A stretch of DNA of 64,000 nucleotides from Nanobdellota archaeon. GTDB lineage: Archaea; Nanobdellota; Nanobdellia; Parvarchaeales; Parvarchaeaceae. Both the position numbers and the translations under genes were made by a program. The stretch is taken from contig JAJZNK010000025.1 in NCBI GenBank assembly GCA_021811735.1, forward strand, positions 4,718-68,717, given 5' to 3'. The notes below the pieces were generated by a model. That model worked only from the letters and a program-made list of their open reading frames with translations. It did no database searches and was not told where the DNA came from. Below, in pieces: positions 10,185 through 19,929 of this stretch (positions are counted from its first letter, which is position 1; each line of letters starts with the position of its first letter).

Positions 10185-10661
10185 ATGGAAATAGCCAGCA
10201 TCGGGTTCATAATAATTTCCATGATGCTCATTATAACAGCTTTGCTGATGGTAATCACAAAAAACATGATACACTCTCTTCTTTACATGTTCATGTTTGT
10301 AATCTCCGTCACAGCCATGATTCTTTATATGAACGCGGTTTTCCTAGGAATTGCGGAACTAATAATATACAATGGGGGAATAGTGCTTCTTTTGGCTATA
10401 GGCATAAGCTCAATGCCAGAGGGAAGAATAAATAGGCTGAATTCGAAACTTGCCTATACTTTACCAGTCATTTTTTTGGGAATAACCTCATTTTTGCTTC
10501 TTAAAATGCCAAATGCGCCCGGCCAGCTTACTTTGAATTACTCGGATCTTGGAATCTACCTCTTCCAAAATTACGGTGGATTGCTTTTGGTCCTTGCTTT
10601 TACTGCTATAGCAAGCATATTCTCAACTATATATATTGTAAGTAAAGGGGAGAAGTTATGA
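10185..10661 (+). CDS. nuoJ: NADH-quinone oxidoreductase (complex I-like) subunit J
   Basis: 158-aa polytopic protein in J-K-L-M-N order. 4-nt overlap with nuoK. Confidence 0.8.
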   Translation: MEIASIGFIIISMMLIITALLMVITKNMIHSLLYMFMFVISVTAMILYMNAVFLGIAELIIYNGGIVLLLAIGISSMPEGRINRLNSKLAYTLPVIFLGITSFLLLKMPNAPGQLTLNYSDLGIYLFQNYGGLLLVLAFTAIASIFSTIYIVSKGEKL

Positions 10662-10960
10662 TACCCGAATCATATTTTCTTTTGCTTACCACATTACTTT
10701 TTTCGATAGGAATCTATGGAATAATATCAAGGAAAGAAGGAGTATCTATAATAATCTCCTCTGAAATAATAGTAAATGCTGCAATCATAAACTTCATTTC
10801 CGCCGCCAATTTTTATTCTAACCTTAATGGTGTAAGCTATGCTTTGATAACGCTGATAATGGTGGTATTTGAGACAGTGGTCTTCATCGCCCTAATTGTA
10901 GTATTTTCCAGGAAGACCGGCTCGTTGTCAATTTCAGAACTTGGGAGGTATAAGGGTTAG
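10658..10960 (+). CDS. nuoK: complex I-like subunit K
   Basis: 100 aa, 3 TM helices, pattern IYGIISRKEGVSIIISSEIIVNAAIINFI typical of NuoK/ND4L. Confidence 0.8.
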   Translation: MIPESYFLLLTTLLFSIGIYGIISRKEGVSIIISSEIIVNAAIINFISAANFYSNLNGVSYALITLIMVVFETVVFIALIVVFSRKTGSLSISELGRYKG

Positions 10961-10961
10961 T

Positions 10962-12710
10962 ATGTTGTATTTTGTAATCATCCCAATGCTTGTTTCTTCT
11001 ATCTTGATTGCGTTGTTGGGCGAAAAGAAGCGTTTAAGCTGGGCCGTCTCACTTATAGGAGCCGCAGCTTCTTTTATGGTTTCATCCATCTTGTTCTCTA
11101 CCTATTTTAATAAAGATATAATCGAGAAATATACGTGGTTTTCCGTTTCAGGACTGTCGTTTTCACTCTCTTTCTTGGGTAACAACCTTACACTTTTTAT
11201 GGCAATGCTCGTATCCTTCATATCTGTTCTTGTCTTGTTGTTCTCTAGGTTTTACATGAGAAAAGAAAAACAGTCGCGTTTTTACGCAGAAATGTCCTTT
11301 TTTATATTTTCGATGTTAGGACTTGTCATCGCGAACAGTCTTCTACTTCTCTTTATTTTCTGGGAATTTGTCGGAATAGCATCCTATCTTTTGATAGGTT
11401 TTTGGTATGACAGAGAAGAACCTGCTGTCTCAAGCAAGAAAGCTCTTATAATAACAAGGATAGGGGATCTGTCATTTCTTACAGCCGTAATAGTGCTATT
11501 CTCCTCATTTAAAACATTCTCAATTTCGGACATTATAGGTTCGCTGGCCACCGCACCGCATTCAGTCTTGGTGCTTTCAGGCGCTCTGCTCACTATAGCA
11601 GCATTTTCAAAAGCGGCGCAGTTTCCGTTCTATACATGGTTGATAGACGCAATGGAGGGTCCGACTCCAGTGAGCGCTTTGTTGCATTCAGCAACGATGG
11701 TTGCGGCAGGAGTATATCTTCTGATAAGGCTTCTTCCCATCGTGTCCATAGCAGGGATGTCAGAATTCATAGTGCTACTTGCATTTATCACGGCATTCAT
11801 ATCTGCCGTTTTAGCACTTAAAGAAAGGCATTTAAAGAAAATACTAGCATATTCTACAATAGAAAGTCTGGCTTTTATGTTCATGGCCATCGGCACTCTA
11901 AACGCAGGCGGTGCGTTGTTTTATCTTTTTACACATGCGATTTTCAAATCAATGCTTTTTTTTATAACCGGTATTTTTGCAATATTCTTTGGGACATATG
12001 ATATATACTTGCTTAAAGACAAAAGAATAAGAATGAGTTGGGTTACAGTCCCTGCAATAATAGGCTTTGCATCAATCGCCGCGATACCTCCCTTTATGAG
12101 TTTTTTTGCCCATTCTGCACTTACTTACAATTTCAATATATATGAAAATATTGCGTTTGTAATAGTTTCGTTTATTACAGCATTGTTCTCATTCAGAGCC
12201 CTTTTTGTTGTATTTGGAAAACGTGCTAGAAAGCCGCTAAAAAAAGAGTTCAATACAGTCTTTCCAGTTGTAACACTTGTCGTATTATCCACAATCGGCG
12301 GAGTATTTCTCTATTTCTTCGGAAGTATAATAACGATGGTACAGTCTTTCGACTATTTTTCATTCATTTCACTTGCGGCAGTCTTTCTTGGTGTAGTAAT
12401 CTCTTACTTCGTATTCTATAAAGGAAAAGCAGAATCTTATACAACAAAAGCGCGCGATTTCGCGGAAAAATTTGAAAATTACAGGTATGAGAAACTCATA
12501 ATCACTGCTGGAAAGGCAGTTTCTGCACTTGGATACGGTCTCGCGGAATTTGACAGTACACTTGTAAAGTCCGTTTCAACCGCCGCAGAGTCTACTTTTT
12601 TCCTTTCATCCAAGCTCCGCGAAATTGAAAATGGAGACGCGTTCAGATATTTAACGGCAATTATAATAGGAGTAGTAGCTGTGGTAATCTTAGCGGTGGT
12701 TTTTGTATGA
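10962..12710 (+). CDS. nuoL: complex I-like subunit L (antiporter-like)
   Basis: WEFVGIASYLLIGFWY and SALLHSATMVAAGVYLL motifs. ATG 10962 is preferred over the track's TTG 10941 because GGGAGG lies at 10943-10948 and the nuoK stop is at 10958-10960. Confidence 0.85.
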   Translation: MLYFVIIPMLVSSILIALLGEKKRLSWAVSLIGAAASFMVSSILFSTYFNKDIIEKYTWFSVSGLSFSLSFLGNNLTLFMAMLVSFISVLVLLFSRFYMRKEKQSRFYAEMSFFIFSMLGLVIANSLLLLFIFWEFVGIASYLLIGFWYDREEPAVSSKKALIITRIGDLSFLTAVIVLFSSFKTFSISDIIGSLATAPHSVLVLSGALLTIAAFSKAAQFPFYTWLIDAMEGPTPVSALLHSATMVAAGVYLLIRLLPIVSIAGMSEFIVLLAFITAFISAVLALKERHLKKILAYSTIESLAFMFMAIGTLNAGGALFYLFTHAIFKSMLFFITGIFAIFFGTYDIYLLKDKRIRMSWVTVPAIIGFASIAAIPPFMSFFAHSALTYNFNIYENIAFVIVSFITALFSFRALFVVFGKRARKPLKKEFNTVFPVVTLVVLSTIGGVFLYFFGSIITMVQSFDYFSFISLAAVFLGVVISYFVFYKGKAESYTTKARDFAEKFENYRYEKLIITAGKAVSALGYGLAEFDSTLVKSVSTAAESTFFLSSKLREIENGDAFRYLTAIIIGVVAVVILAVVFV

Positions 12711-14119
12711 TTAATCTTATTCTTTTGTTGATAGTTCCGTTAATTGGTATCTCCTATATACTATTCGAACAGCTTAGTGGCAGAGGTCTTTCGCCAGATA
12801 AGATATCATTCATAACCATGGGTATAACCGCAGCTGTCCTTTTATCTGGTCTAATGTATGGTTTTATTCCATTTAATCTTAATATAAATTCTGCAGTAGA
12901 TTTTTCGCTTTCTTTGAACATTAACTTCATAACTATACCGTTTCTTCTGCTCGTAGTTGTCCTGCCAATACCTATATTATATTTTGCTTCAAACGAGATT
13001 AAGGAAAATAAGCCAATGTTTTATCTATTTTATCTTCTTGTTTATAGTTCTGCTGTAGGCGTATTTATATCATCAAATTTGATTTTTTTCTTTTTATTTT
13101 GGGAAGTTGCTGTTCTTTCTCTGTTTTTTATGATGAGCCTCTGGGGAAAGACGATAAAGTCCAGAAAAGCGGGAATGAAGTTTCTAGTTTTTACACAGTT
13201 CGGGAGTCTCACATTACTAGCAGTTTTTATATTGCTGTTTGTATATACTGGCAGTTTTAATTTCTATACCATCGCTTCTAAGATGTCATCCGTACCACTT
13301 TACATCGAATATGTATCCTTTTTCCTGCTTCTTATAACTGTAATGATAAAAATGCCAGTGTTCCCGCTTCACGAATGGCTTCCCGATGCATATTATTACT
13401 CTCCAACCCCTGTAACGATGTTTTTGTCAGGTATACTTTCAAAATTCGGCGGTTTTGCGTTTATCCTCTTCGGTTTCGGGTTATTCAGGAATATCTTAAT
13501 AAATCTTAGGATTCCCCTAGTTTTGCTGGGAGTTTTGGCTGCAATCTATATTGCCTTAGTTGCTTCTGGGCAGAGAGATCTTAAAATGCTTTTTTCGTAC
13601 TCCAGTATGTTTTACATGGCCCTTGTTTTCATTGGCGTTTCTTCAGGCATGACCGTTGCAGTATCCGGCGCAGTCCTGCTCATGATAAGTCATGGTTTCG
13701 TAATTACGCTGCTTTTTGGTATCTCCTATATACTTCTTCAGAGAACAGGGACAAACGAAACAGGAAAGCTGGGAGGTTTAACGTCTAGAATGCCTTTGCT
13801 TTCCATTTTTTTCATGCTGGCGGTTTTTGCAAGTCTGGGTATACCTGGGCTTTCAAATTTTCCTGGAGAGTTGTTAATCTTTATAGGAACCTACTCAGTT
13901 GCTGGCATATCTCTTATAGCTATATTCGGCATAATGATTTCGACCAATTATTATCTTAGAGCACTAAAGGAGGCAATGTTCGGTCATCTGCAAAATAAGT
14001 TGTCTGGGATAAAGGACCTGAATAGGACAGAGGTGCTTGTTTTTTTATTTATTTCATTTTTTATACTTTTGATAGGGGTGTTCCCGTCATTGCTTACAGG
14101 AGTTCTTGGAGGTTTGTGA
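12707..14119 (+). CDS. nuoM: complex I-like subunit M (antiporter-like)
   Basis: FFLFWEVAVLSLFFMM and PLHEWLPDAYY motifs. 4-nt overlap with nuoL. Confidence 0.85.
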   Translation: MINLILLLIVPLIGISYILFEQLSGRGLSPDKISFITMGITAAVLLSGLMYGFIPFNLNINSAVDFSLSLNINFITIPFLLLVVVLPIPILYFASNEIKENKPMFYLFYLLVYSSAVGVFISSNLIFFFLFWEVAVLSLFFMMSLWGKTIKSRKAGMKFLVFTQFGSLTLLAVFILLFVYTGSFNFYTIASKMSSVPLYIEYVSFFLLLITVMIKMPVFPLHEWLPDAYYYSPTPVTMFLSGILSKFGGFAFILFGFGLFRNILINLRIPLVLLGVLAAIYIALVASGQRDLKMLFSYSSMFYMALVFIGVSSGMTVAVSGAVLLMISHGFVITLLFGISYILLQRTGTNETGKLGGLTSRMPLLSIFFMLAVFASLGIPGLSNFPGELLIFIGTYSVAGISLIAIFGIMISTNYYLRALKEAMFGHLQNKLSGIKDLNRTEVLVFLFISFFILLIGVFPSLLTGVLGGL

Positions 14120-14120
14120 T

Positions 14121-15473
14121 GTGGAATACCTAAATCCACAATACATTCTTTTCTCTGGCATTCTACTAGTTATACTACTGGATTTTTTAAGGCACAGCCT
14201 TGGTAAAAGCGGGAAGGGTTTCATACATTATCTAACTGCTATAATCTTAGTCACTTCTTTCGTATTCAATGCGTTCTATGGAACTATGAATATACACATG
14301 TTCTCTGAAACAGAGTATTCACAGTTTATAACTAGTTTCATGTTATTCATCTCTCTTTTCGTTTATCTGTTTATTCTGGCGGATAGAGAGGAGCACAGTT
14401 CCGTTCTAGATATATCATATCTTTCTGCAGTGCTTGGAGCTACGCTTGTCGTTATTTCAAGCAATTTTATATCGCTTTTTCTGTCTATAGAACTGCTTTC
14501 AATCTCCTCTTACGCACTTGTGTATATGCATAAGTCTAGTGGTGCACTCGAGGGTGCGGTAAAGTATCTTTCGACAGGCATAGTTTCAATGGTTATACTT
14601 ATCTTTGGAATCTCAATAATTTATGCGGGTGCTGGTACGCTTTCATTTTCTTCTCTCCATAATGTGTCATATTTGCCGTTTATAGCGGGTATTTCTATAA
14701 TCGTCGCAGGATTGGGATTCAAATCGACCCTAGTTCCGTTTCATATGTGGGCCCCAGACACTTATGAAGCATCTAAAAGCTCTATAACTGCCTTTATATC
14801 CTCTGTTTCAAAGGCAGCAGGACTTATTGCAATGATAAGGATATTCTTTTTCGCGCTTCCAGTTTCATCAAGTTTTGTAACTGCCTTGTTTCTTTCAATA
14901 GCTATTCTTACTATATTCCTAAGTGCATTTCTTGCGTCGGTACAGGATAGAATCAAAAGGCTTCTTGCATATTCAAGTATATCTCAGGCGGGATTTGCAT
15001 TCATAAGTCTTGCAGTCTTGACCTCAAAAGGAGCACAGGCAGCGATTTTCTATGTCTTTGCCTTTGCCATTGCGGACGCCATAGTATTTCTTGCATATGA
15101 TATGTTTGAAAGTAAAAAAATTATATACAGAAAAGACAGCGGAAAGATGTATTCTGTTTCAAAAATAGGTGCAGTGTCCTTCTTTATAGCGATGCTATCC
15201 CTCGCCGGTTTTCCACCCACGATAGGTTTCTTTGGTAAGCTTTTGATATTCTATGCCCTTTTCAGCAGCGGATATGCTTACATAGTTCTGCTACTTTTCT
15301 TCTCACTCCTTGTTTCCACGTTCTATTATTTCAGTGTGCTTGCGGATATGAATCCCCTTGTGGCTTTAAGGGAAATCAAGACAAAACATAAAGTAAAAAT
15401 GGACCAGAGGCTTAAGGAGATAATACTGGTTGTGCTCACACTTTCTTTATTTGTAGGGATAATATTCGCATAG
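14121..15473 (+). CDS. nuoN: complex I-like subunit N (antiporter-like)
   Basis: PFHMWAPDTYEAS motif with about 14 TM helices. GTG 14121 follows GGAGG (14108-14112) and the nuoM stop (14117-14119); the track uses TTG 14106. Confidence 0.8.
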   Translation: MEYLNPQYILFSGILLVILLDFLRHSLGKSGKGFIHYLTAIILVTSFVFNAFYGTMNIHMFSETEYSQFITSFMLFISLFVYLFILADREEHSSVLDISYLSAVLGATLVVISSNFISLFLSIELLSISSYALVYMHKSSGALEGAVKYLSTGIVSMVILIFGISIIYAGAGTLSFSSLHNVSYLPFIAGISIIVAGLGFKSTLVPFHMWAPDTYEASKSSITAFISSVSKAAGLIAMIRIFFFALPVSSSFVTALFLSIAILTIFLSAFLASVQDRIKRLLAYSSISQAGFAFISLAVLTSKGAQAAIFYVFAFAIADAIVFLAYDMFESKKIIYRKDSGKMYSVSKIGAVSFFIAMLSLAGFPPTIGFFGKLLIFYALFSSGYAYIVLLLFFSLLVSTFYYFSVLADMNPLVALREIKTKHKVKMDQRLKEIILVVLTLSLFVGIIFA

Positions 15474-16268
15474 GTGTACTCCATACACAAAAAGTTTGAA
15501 TCTGTGGATAGCTTTATGTGGTTTAGTTTACAGTTTACAAAACAATATAATGAATGCCATATTACTTATCCTATGGACATTGACGATTTTCCATTTAACT
15601 TCAAAAAGGGGTCTAGAGCAGTCTTTACTGGAGATTTTGCTGTTGCAGGCGATGTTCATCTTGGGTTTGAGGAAGAGATAAATCTGAATGGTTATAACAT
15701 CTGGGAAAAAACCGACGAAATAACAAAGAAACTTCTTTCTCTCAGAGCAAAAAAATTAATTCTCTTAGGAGATATACGGAAAAGATACACTTATATAATG
15801 CCGAAAGAAGGTGGAGTTTTGATAAAATTCTTTTCAGTGCTTGCAAATGCATTTGAAGAGGTTATCATAACCAAGGGCAATCATGATGGAGGTCTTGAAA
15901 AGATAACATCACGCTTTAATAATGTGACCCTAGAAAGCGAATTTGTATACAACGGAATAGGGTTCATGCATGGCCACGCATTGCCGTCAAAGAAACTGGC
16001 AGAGTCCGTGGACACAGTATGTATTAGTCATCTTCATCCTTTTGTAGTAATGAGGGATTCCAACGGAATCTCTTATAGGAAAGACTGCTTTTTCTTTCTA
16101 GATATAAAGCTCCCTGTTAAAACTTACCACAATTCTAGGTTAAGAAGTGGTATAGTCATACCAAAATTCAACCAGTATATAGGTGGGTCGGCTGAATTCG
16201 AATCGAGAGCTCTTATGAGATATTCAAAGGTAAGGGCAAAAATGACTACAGATCTCGAAATCCTATGA
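15474..16268 (+). CDS. metallophosphoesterase (archaeal SbcD/Mre11-related ICC-like phosphoesterase)
   Basis: Motif series GDVHLG ... LGDIRK ... GNHDG ... GFMHGH ... ISHLHP. Starts directly after the nuoN stop. Confidence 0.7.
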   Translation: MYSIHKKFESVDSFMWFSLQFTKQYNECHITYPMDIDDFPFNFKKGSRAVFTGDFAVAGDVHLGFEEEINLNGYNIWEKTDEITKKLLSLRAKKLILLGDIRKRYTYIMPKEGGVLIKFFSVLANAFEEVIITKGNHDGGLEKITSRFNNVTLESEFVYNGIGFMHGHALPSKKLAESVDTVCISHLHPFVVMRDSNGISYRKDCFFFLDIKLPVKTYHNSRLRSGIVIPKFNQYIGGSAEFESRALMRYSKVRAKMTTDLEIL

Positions 16269-16307
16269 TAGGAACGGTTATAAATTTGAACCATCATAAT
16301 AACTAAT

Positions 16308-17240
16308 ATGAGTCCAGGCGAATTTTGGGTTTTTATAGTTGGAATCGTCACCCTAGTGCTGCTCTTTGTATTAAGCTTGTTTATGCCTAGTTTCTTTTAC
16401 GTATTTTTGGTGATATTTCTACTGCTTCTGGCGTCTATATTCTTCATAACCTTTGTAAAGCAGTACAGTCAGTTTGAAAGGGGCATAATTTTCAGGCTTG
16501 GGAAATTCAATAGAATAGCAGGGCCTGGATGGGCCATAGTGATACCTTTTTTCGAAGAAGAATACAAGAAAGTAGATGTTCGTGTGAAGATGATGGATGT
16601 GAGCTCACAGGATATATTTACGGCAGATGACCTTAAACTTTCTCTCGACGGCACAATCTACTATCAGATAGTCGATCCAGAAAAGGCGACATTACAAATA
16701 GATAATTATGGGCAGGGTCTTTCAAATCTTGTGCAATCTGCTGTTAGAAACTCCATAGCATCGTTCACAATGCGTCAGGTATTTGGCAGTTTAGACCGCT
16801 TAAATGACATACTGGCGGACGCTATAAGACACATGACTTGGAAATGGGGCATAGACGTTCCATCCGTCCAGATAAGAAGCGTTTCTCCTTCAAATGAGGT
16901 TATACAGGCCATGCAGCAGCCGGAAATAGCTGCAAACCTACTTCAGGCCCAGAGATTCAAAGCAGAAGCCCAAAAGATAGTTATAGAAGCTATAGGAGAA
17001 GGAGGAAAGTCATTGGATGATAAATCAACAATGTACCTCTACCTTCAGGCATTGAAACAGATGGGAGAATCCAGCTCTTCAAAGATAGTACTTCCTATGC
17101 AATTTATGCAGAATGCAGGAGGCATGCTAGGAGGTATGGCAGGGCTTTCCACGGCCGCGATGGCATCGCTTGGCGGGCAGGAAAACGTGCAGAACGTGAT
17201 AGACAAGATAAAGGAAAAGATTTCGCAGTCAAATTCCTAA
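16308..17240 (+). CDS. SPFH/band-7 (stomatin/prohibitin-like) membrane protein
   Basis: N-terminal TM region followed by ERGIIFRLGKFNRIAGPGWAIVIPFFEE..VDVRV, typical of stomatin-family proteins. Confidence 0.85.
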   Translation: MSPGEFWVFIVGIVTLVLLFVLSLFMPSFFYVFLVIFLLLLASIFFITFVKQYSQFERGIIFRLGKFNRIAGPGWAIVIPFFEEEYKKVDVRVKMMDVSSQDIFTADDLKLSLDGTIYYQIVDPEKATLQIDNYGQGLSNLVQSAVRNSIASFTMRQVFGSLDRLNDILADAIRHMTWKWGIDVPSVQIRSVSPSNEVIQAMQQPEIAANLLQAQRFKAEAQKIVIEAIGEGGKSLDDKSTMYLYLQALKQMGESSSSKIVLPMQFMQNAGGMLGGMAGLSTAAMASLGGQENVQNVIDKIKEKISQSNS

Positions 17241-17956
17241 ATAGACACATTCAATATCTCGTATAATTCTTTCATGTCATCTATTATATAGTCAGCTTCG
17301 AATTTCGTCTTTTTACGTTTTTCTTCGTTATACATATCAAACAAAACAGTAAGCATCCCAGATTCTTTTGCGTTATCTATGTCTGTTTCTGGAGTATCTC
17401 CTACAAATATTATCTCATCTGGCTTAAGATCCATAAGCGATGCGGTTTTTATGAATGCATCTGGCGTTTTCTTGCTCTCATCTATGTCCACCTTGGCCAC
17501 TACAGTTACGTCAAAATTTTTGATGAAATCAATCCTTTCCAAAGTCTTTGTTTTGCTTCCAGGATAGTAACCCTCTCCAGTAAGTAAGCCTATCTTCAGT
17601 CCTTCTGCTTTAAGCATGCCTATTACCTCTCTAACACCTTCTGTAAATTCTATTCTGTTGAAGATGTGCTCCTCAAATATATCTGAATATTTCCTGATAT
17701 GGTCCTCAGTAAAGGGCATTTTGGAAACCGTCCGAAACAATTCATAGAAAAGGCCTTTCATCCGCTCTTTAAATTCGACCTCGTTGAATTTTTCATTGGT
17801 TTTTTTGTCGAGCTCCTTGAAAAGTTCTTCATTCATCTCCTTGAAATCTTTTTTCATCTCGTTAAGTACGGCTTTGTTTGCTTTTTCTATAGTCCTAGAG
17901 GCGTTTATCAACGTGTCGTCCAAATCGAATATGACTCCCTTTATCTCTTTTTTCAT
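17237..17956 (-). CDS. HAD-superfamily hydrolase
   Basis: Motif I VIFDLDDTL and motif IV-like VGDTPETDI. ATG 17956 (MKKEIKG) is preferred because the track's TTG 17968 would sit on the tRNA discriminator base. Confidence 0.75.
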   Translation of the reverse strand: MKKEIKGVIFDLDDTLINASRTIEKANKAVLNEMKKDFKEMNEELFKELDKKTNEKFNEVEFKERMKGLFYELFRTVSKMPFTEDHIRKYSDIFEEHIFNRIEFTEGVREVIGMLKAEGLKIGLLTGEGYYPGSKTKTLERIDFIKNFDVTVVAKVDIDESKKTPDAFIKTASLMDLKPDEIIFVGDTPETDIDNAKESGMLTVLFDMYNEEKRKKTKFEADYIIDDMKELYEILNVSI

Positions 17957-17967
17957 AAAAGTATACA

Positions 17968-18039
17968 AGCCTCCGACGGGTGCTGGCCCCGCGACCTTCT
18001 GCTTACAAGGCAGACGCTCTACCGCTGAGCTACGGAGGC
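17968..18039 (-). tRNA. tRNA-Thr (anticodon UGU) with non-canonical T-loop
   Basis: Hand fold: GCCUCCG UA GCUC-AGCGGUA-GAGC G UCUGC-CUUGUAA-GCAGA AGGUC GCGGG-GCCAGCA-CCCGU CGGAGGC U. All stems pair. No encoded CCA. Confidence 0.8.
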
Positions 18040-18221
18040 TTTTAAATTACTCAAACATTCTATTACATTCGAGTAAACTTATATATTTTATGTTTAGTTT
18101 TTATTTATAATGGGACAATATAGAGTGATTTCCGATTTCATATCATATTTTTGTTTAAAAGAAGAAACGATTCCTAACGCGGTAGAAGAAATAATGAGGT
18201 ATAACAAGTATTCTTGAATCA

Positions 18222-18971
18222 ATGGAATCTAAGTTTCTAGATGTGCATGCCCATTTGAGTGATAATATCTTCGATACCAGGTTATTGGATTTAGTCCATC
18301 AGCTCAAAGATAGCTACTTGGTTCTGAATTCGGGGGAAAATTTGGAGCAGAATGCAAAGATCCTTAACTGTGCAAAAACCTACGATTTCATACTTCCATG
18401 TATTGGTTTACATCCAAATGAGATTGCAAGAATGCAGCACGAAGAAGCGGAATCCGAATTTAGGTATATATCTGAGAATATAAGAAAGTCCTTCGCCGTT
18501 TCAGAAATAGGCTTGGATTACAAAGGGAAAGACATCTATCAAATGGAACAGGAAAGAGAATTTTTACATAAAATCATGGATGTCGCCGAAAAAAACAACA
18601 AGGTCTGTATACTTCACAGTAGGAAGGCATTAGAGGACATATTTGATGCGTTGTCTAGTTTTAACATAAAGGCAGTAATACACAATTTTGAAGGTAATCT
18701 AAGGCAGCTTGGTATAGCACAGGACAAGGGGATAGGTATAAGTATCTCAACCGGATTTATGAGATTTAAGCGGGAAAATATAGTAAAAAACGTTGACATC
18801 AATTGTTTATTCACCGAAACGGATTCACCAGTTTTAAGTCCGGACGATGATGTGAATACCCCTTTAAATCTTCCCAAACTATTAAATTACATAGCAGGTA
18901 TTAAGGGAATCGACATGGAAGAACTAAAATCAGCAGTTTATTCGAATTTTAAGAGAGTATTCTATGATTGA
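18222..18971 (+). CDS. TatD-family metal-dependent hydrolase/DNase
   Basis: FLDVHAHLSD at the N-terminus, plus SEIGLDY and TDSP motifs of the TatD family. Confidence 0.8.
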   Translation: MESKFLDVHAHLSDNIFDTRLLDLVHQLKDSYLVLNSGENLEQNAKILNCAKTYDFILPCIGLHPNEIARMQHEEAESEFRYISENIRKSFAVSEIGLDYKGKDIYQMEQEREFLHKIMDVAEKNNKVCILHSRKALEDIFDALSSFNIKAVIHNFEGNLRQLGIAQDKGIGISISTGFMRFKRENIVKNVDINCLFTETDSPVLSPDDDVNTPLNLPKLLNYIAGIKGIDMEELKSAVYSNFKRVFYD

Positions 18972-19878
18972 AGGAGTATTCTTGGGCACTTCCTCGGCAT
19001 TTCCGACCGAGAGAAGAAATCATCCGGCTGTTTATCTTGCAGTTGACGGAGATAGAATACTTTTTGATTGTGGCGAGGGAACTCAGCGTCAGATAAGAAA
19101 AGCACATTTGAGTCCTTCTGTAGACTATATATTCATAACACATTGGCACGGGGATCATTCACTCGGCCTCGGCGGCATGATACAAAGCTTGAACATGATG
19201 AAAAGCAATAAGTCTCTTCAGGTATTTGGTCCTGGAGGCACAAAGGAGAGTGTAGACAGTATAGCAAAATCTTATAAGTTTTACAACAACGTGAATATCA
19301 AAAAAACCCCAGTAAATGCAGTTAGGGAAAAGGTAGTGTTCAATGGGGATAAATACATAATATCAGCAATAAATGTTAAACATTCGGTCAAGTGTCTCGC
19401 TTATAAGTTGAAAGAGAAGGACAGTAGAAATATTCTCATAGACAAGCTTTTAAAACTGGGAATAAAACCAGGAGAGTTCCTCAGTGGACTTAAAGAGGGC
19501 AAGGATGTAAGTTATAAAGGCAAAAAACTGAAATACAAAGAATTGACATATGTGAAAAAAGGGAAATCCGTTGCGTATGTAACCGATTTAAAATATGACA
19601 AATCCCTCCTTCCGTTTGTAAAAGGGGTGGACATATTAATAATAGAAAGCACATTTGGTGGCGATTTTGATAGGTCATCCGAGTTCTTTCATCTAAATAT
19701 AAAGGAAGCCATGCAGGTCGCAAAGAATTCGGGAGCAAAGAATGTTTATTTCGTACACACTAGTCAAAGGTACGAAAATACAGATTCGATGAAAAAAGAT
19801 GCTGAAAAGTTGTTCTCCAATTTAAAATGCAGCTTCAATTATTCATTTCCAGAAGATCTTGATAAATTTTCAGTGTAG
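18964..19878 (+). CDS. rnz: ribonuclease Z (tRNA 3' endonuclease, metallo-beta-lactamase fold)
   Basis: FLGTSSAFPT..RNHPAVYL..ILFDCGEGTQRQ and ITHWHGDHSLGLGGMIQS (HxHxDH). 8-nt overlap with tatD. Confidence 0.85.
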   Translation: MIEGVFLGTSSAFPTERRNHPAVYLAVDGDRILFDCGEGTQRQIRKAHLSPSVDYIFITHWHGDHSLGLGGMIQSLNMMKSNKSLQVFGPGGTKESVDSIAKSYKFYNNVNIKKTPVNAVREKVVFNGDKYIISAINVKHSVKCLAYKLKEKDSRNILIDKLLKLGIKPGEFLSGLKEGKDVSYKGKKLKYKELTYVKKGKSVAYVTDLKYDKSLLPFVKGVDILIIESTFGGDFDRSSEFFHLNIKEAMQVAKNSGAKNVYFVHTSQRYENTDSMKKDAEKLFSNLKCSFNYSFPEDLDKFSV

Positions 19879-19929
19879 TCACCATAACATGGAAACATAT
19901 TTAAATGCTTCATTCGTTAATAAGAAAAT

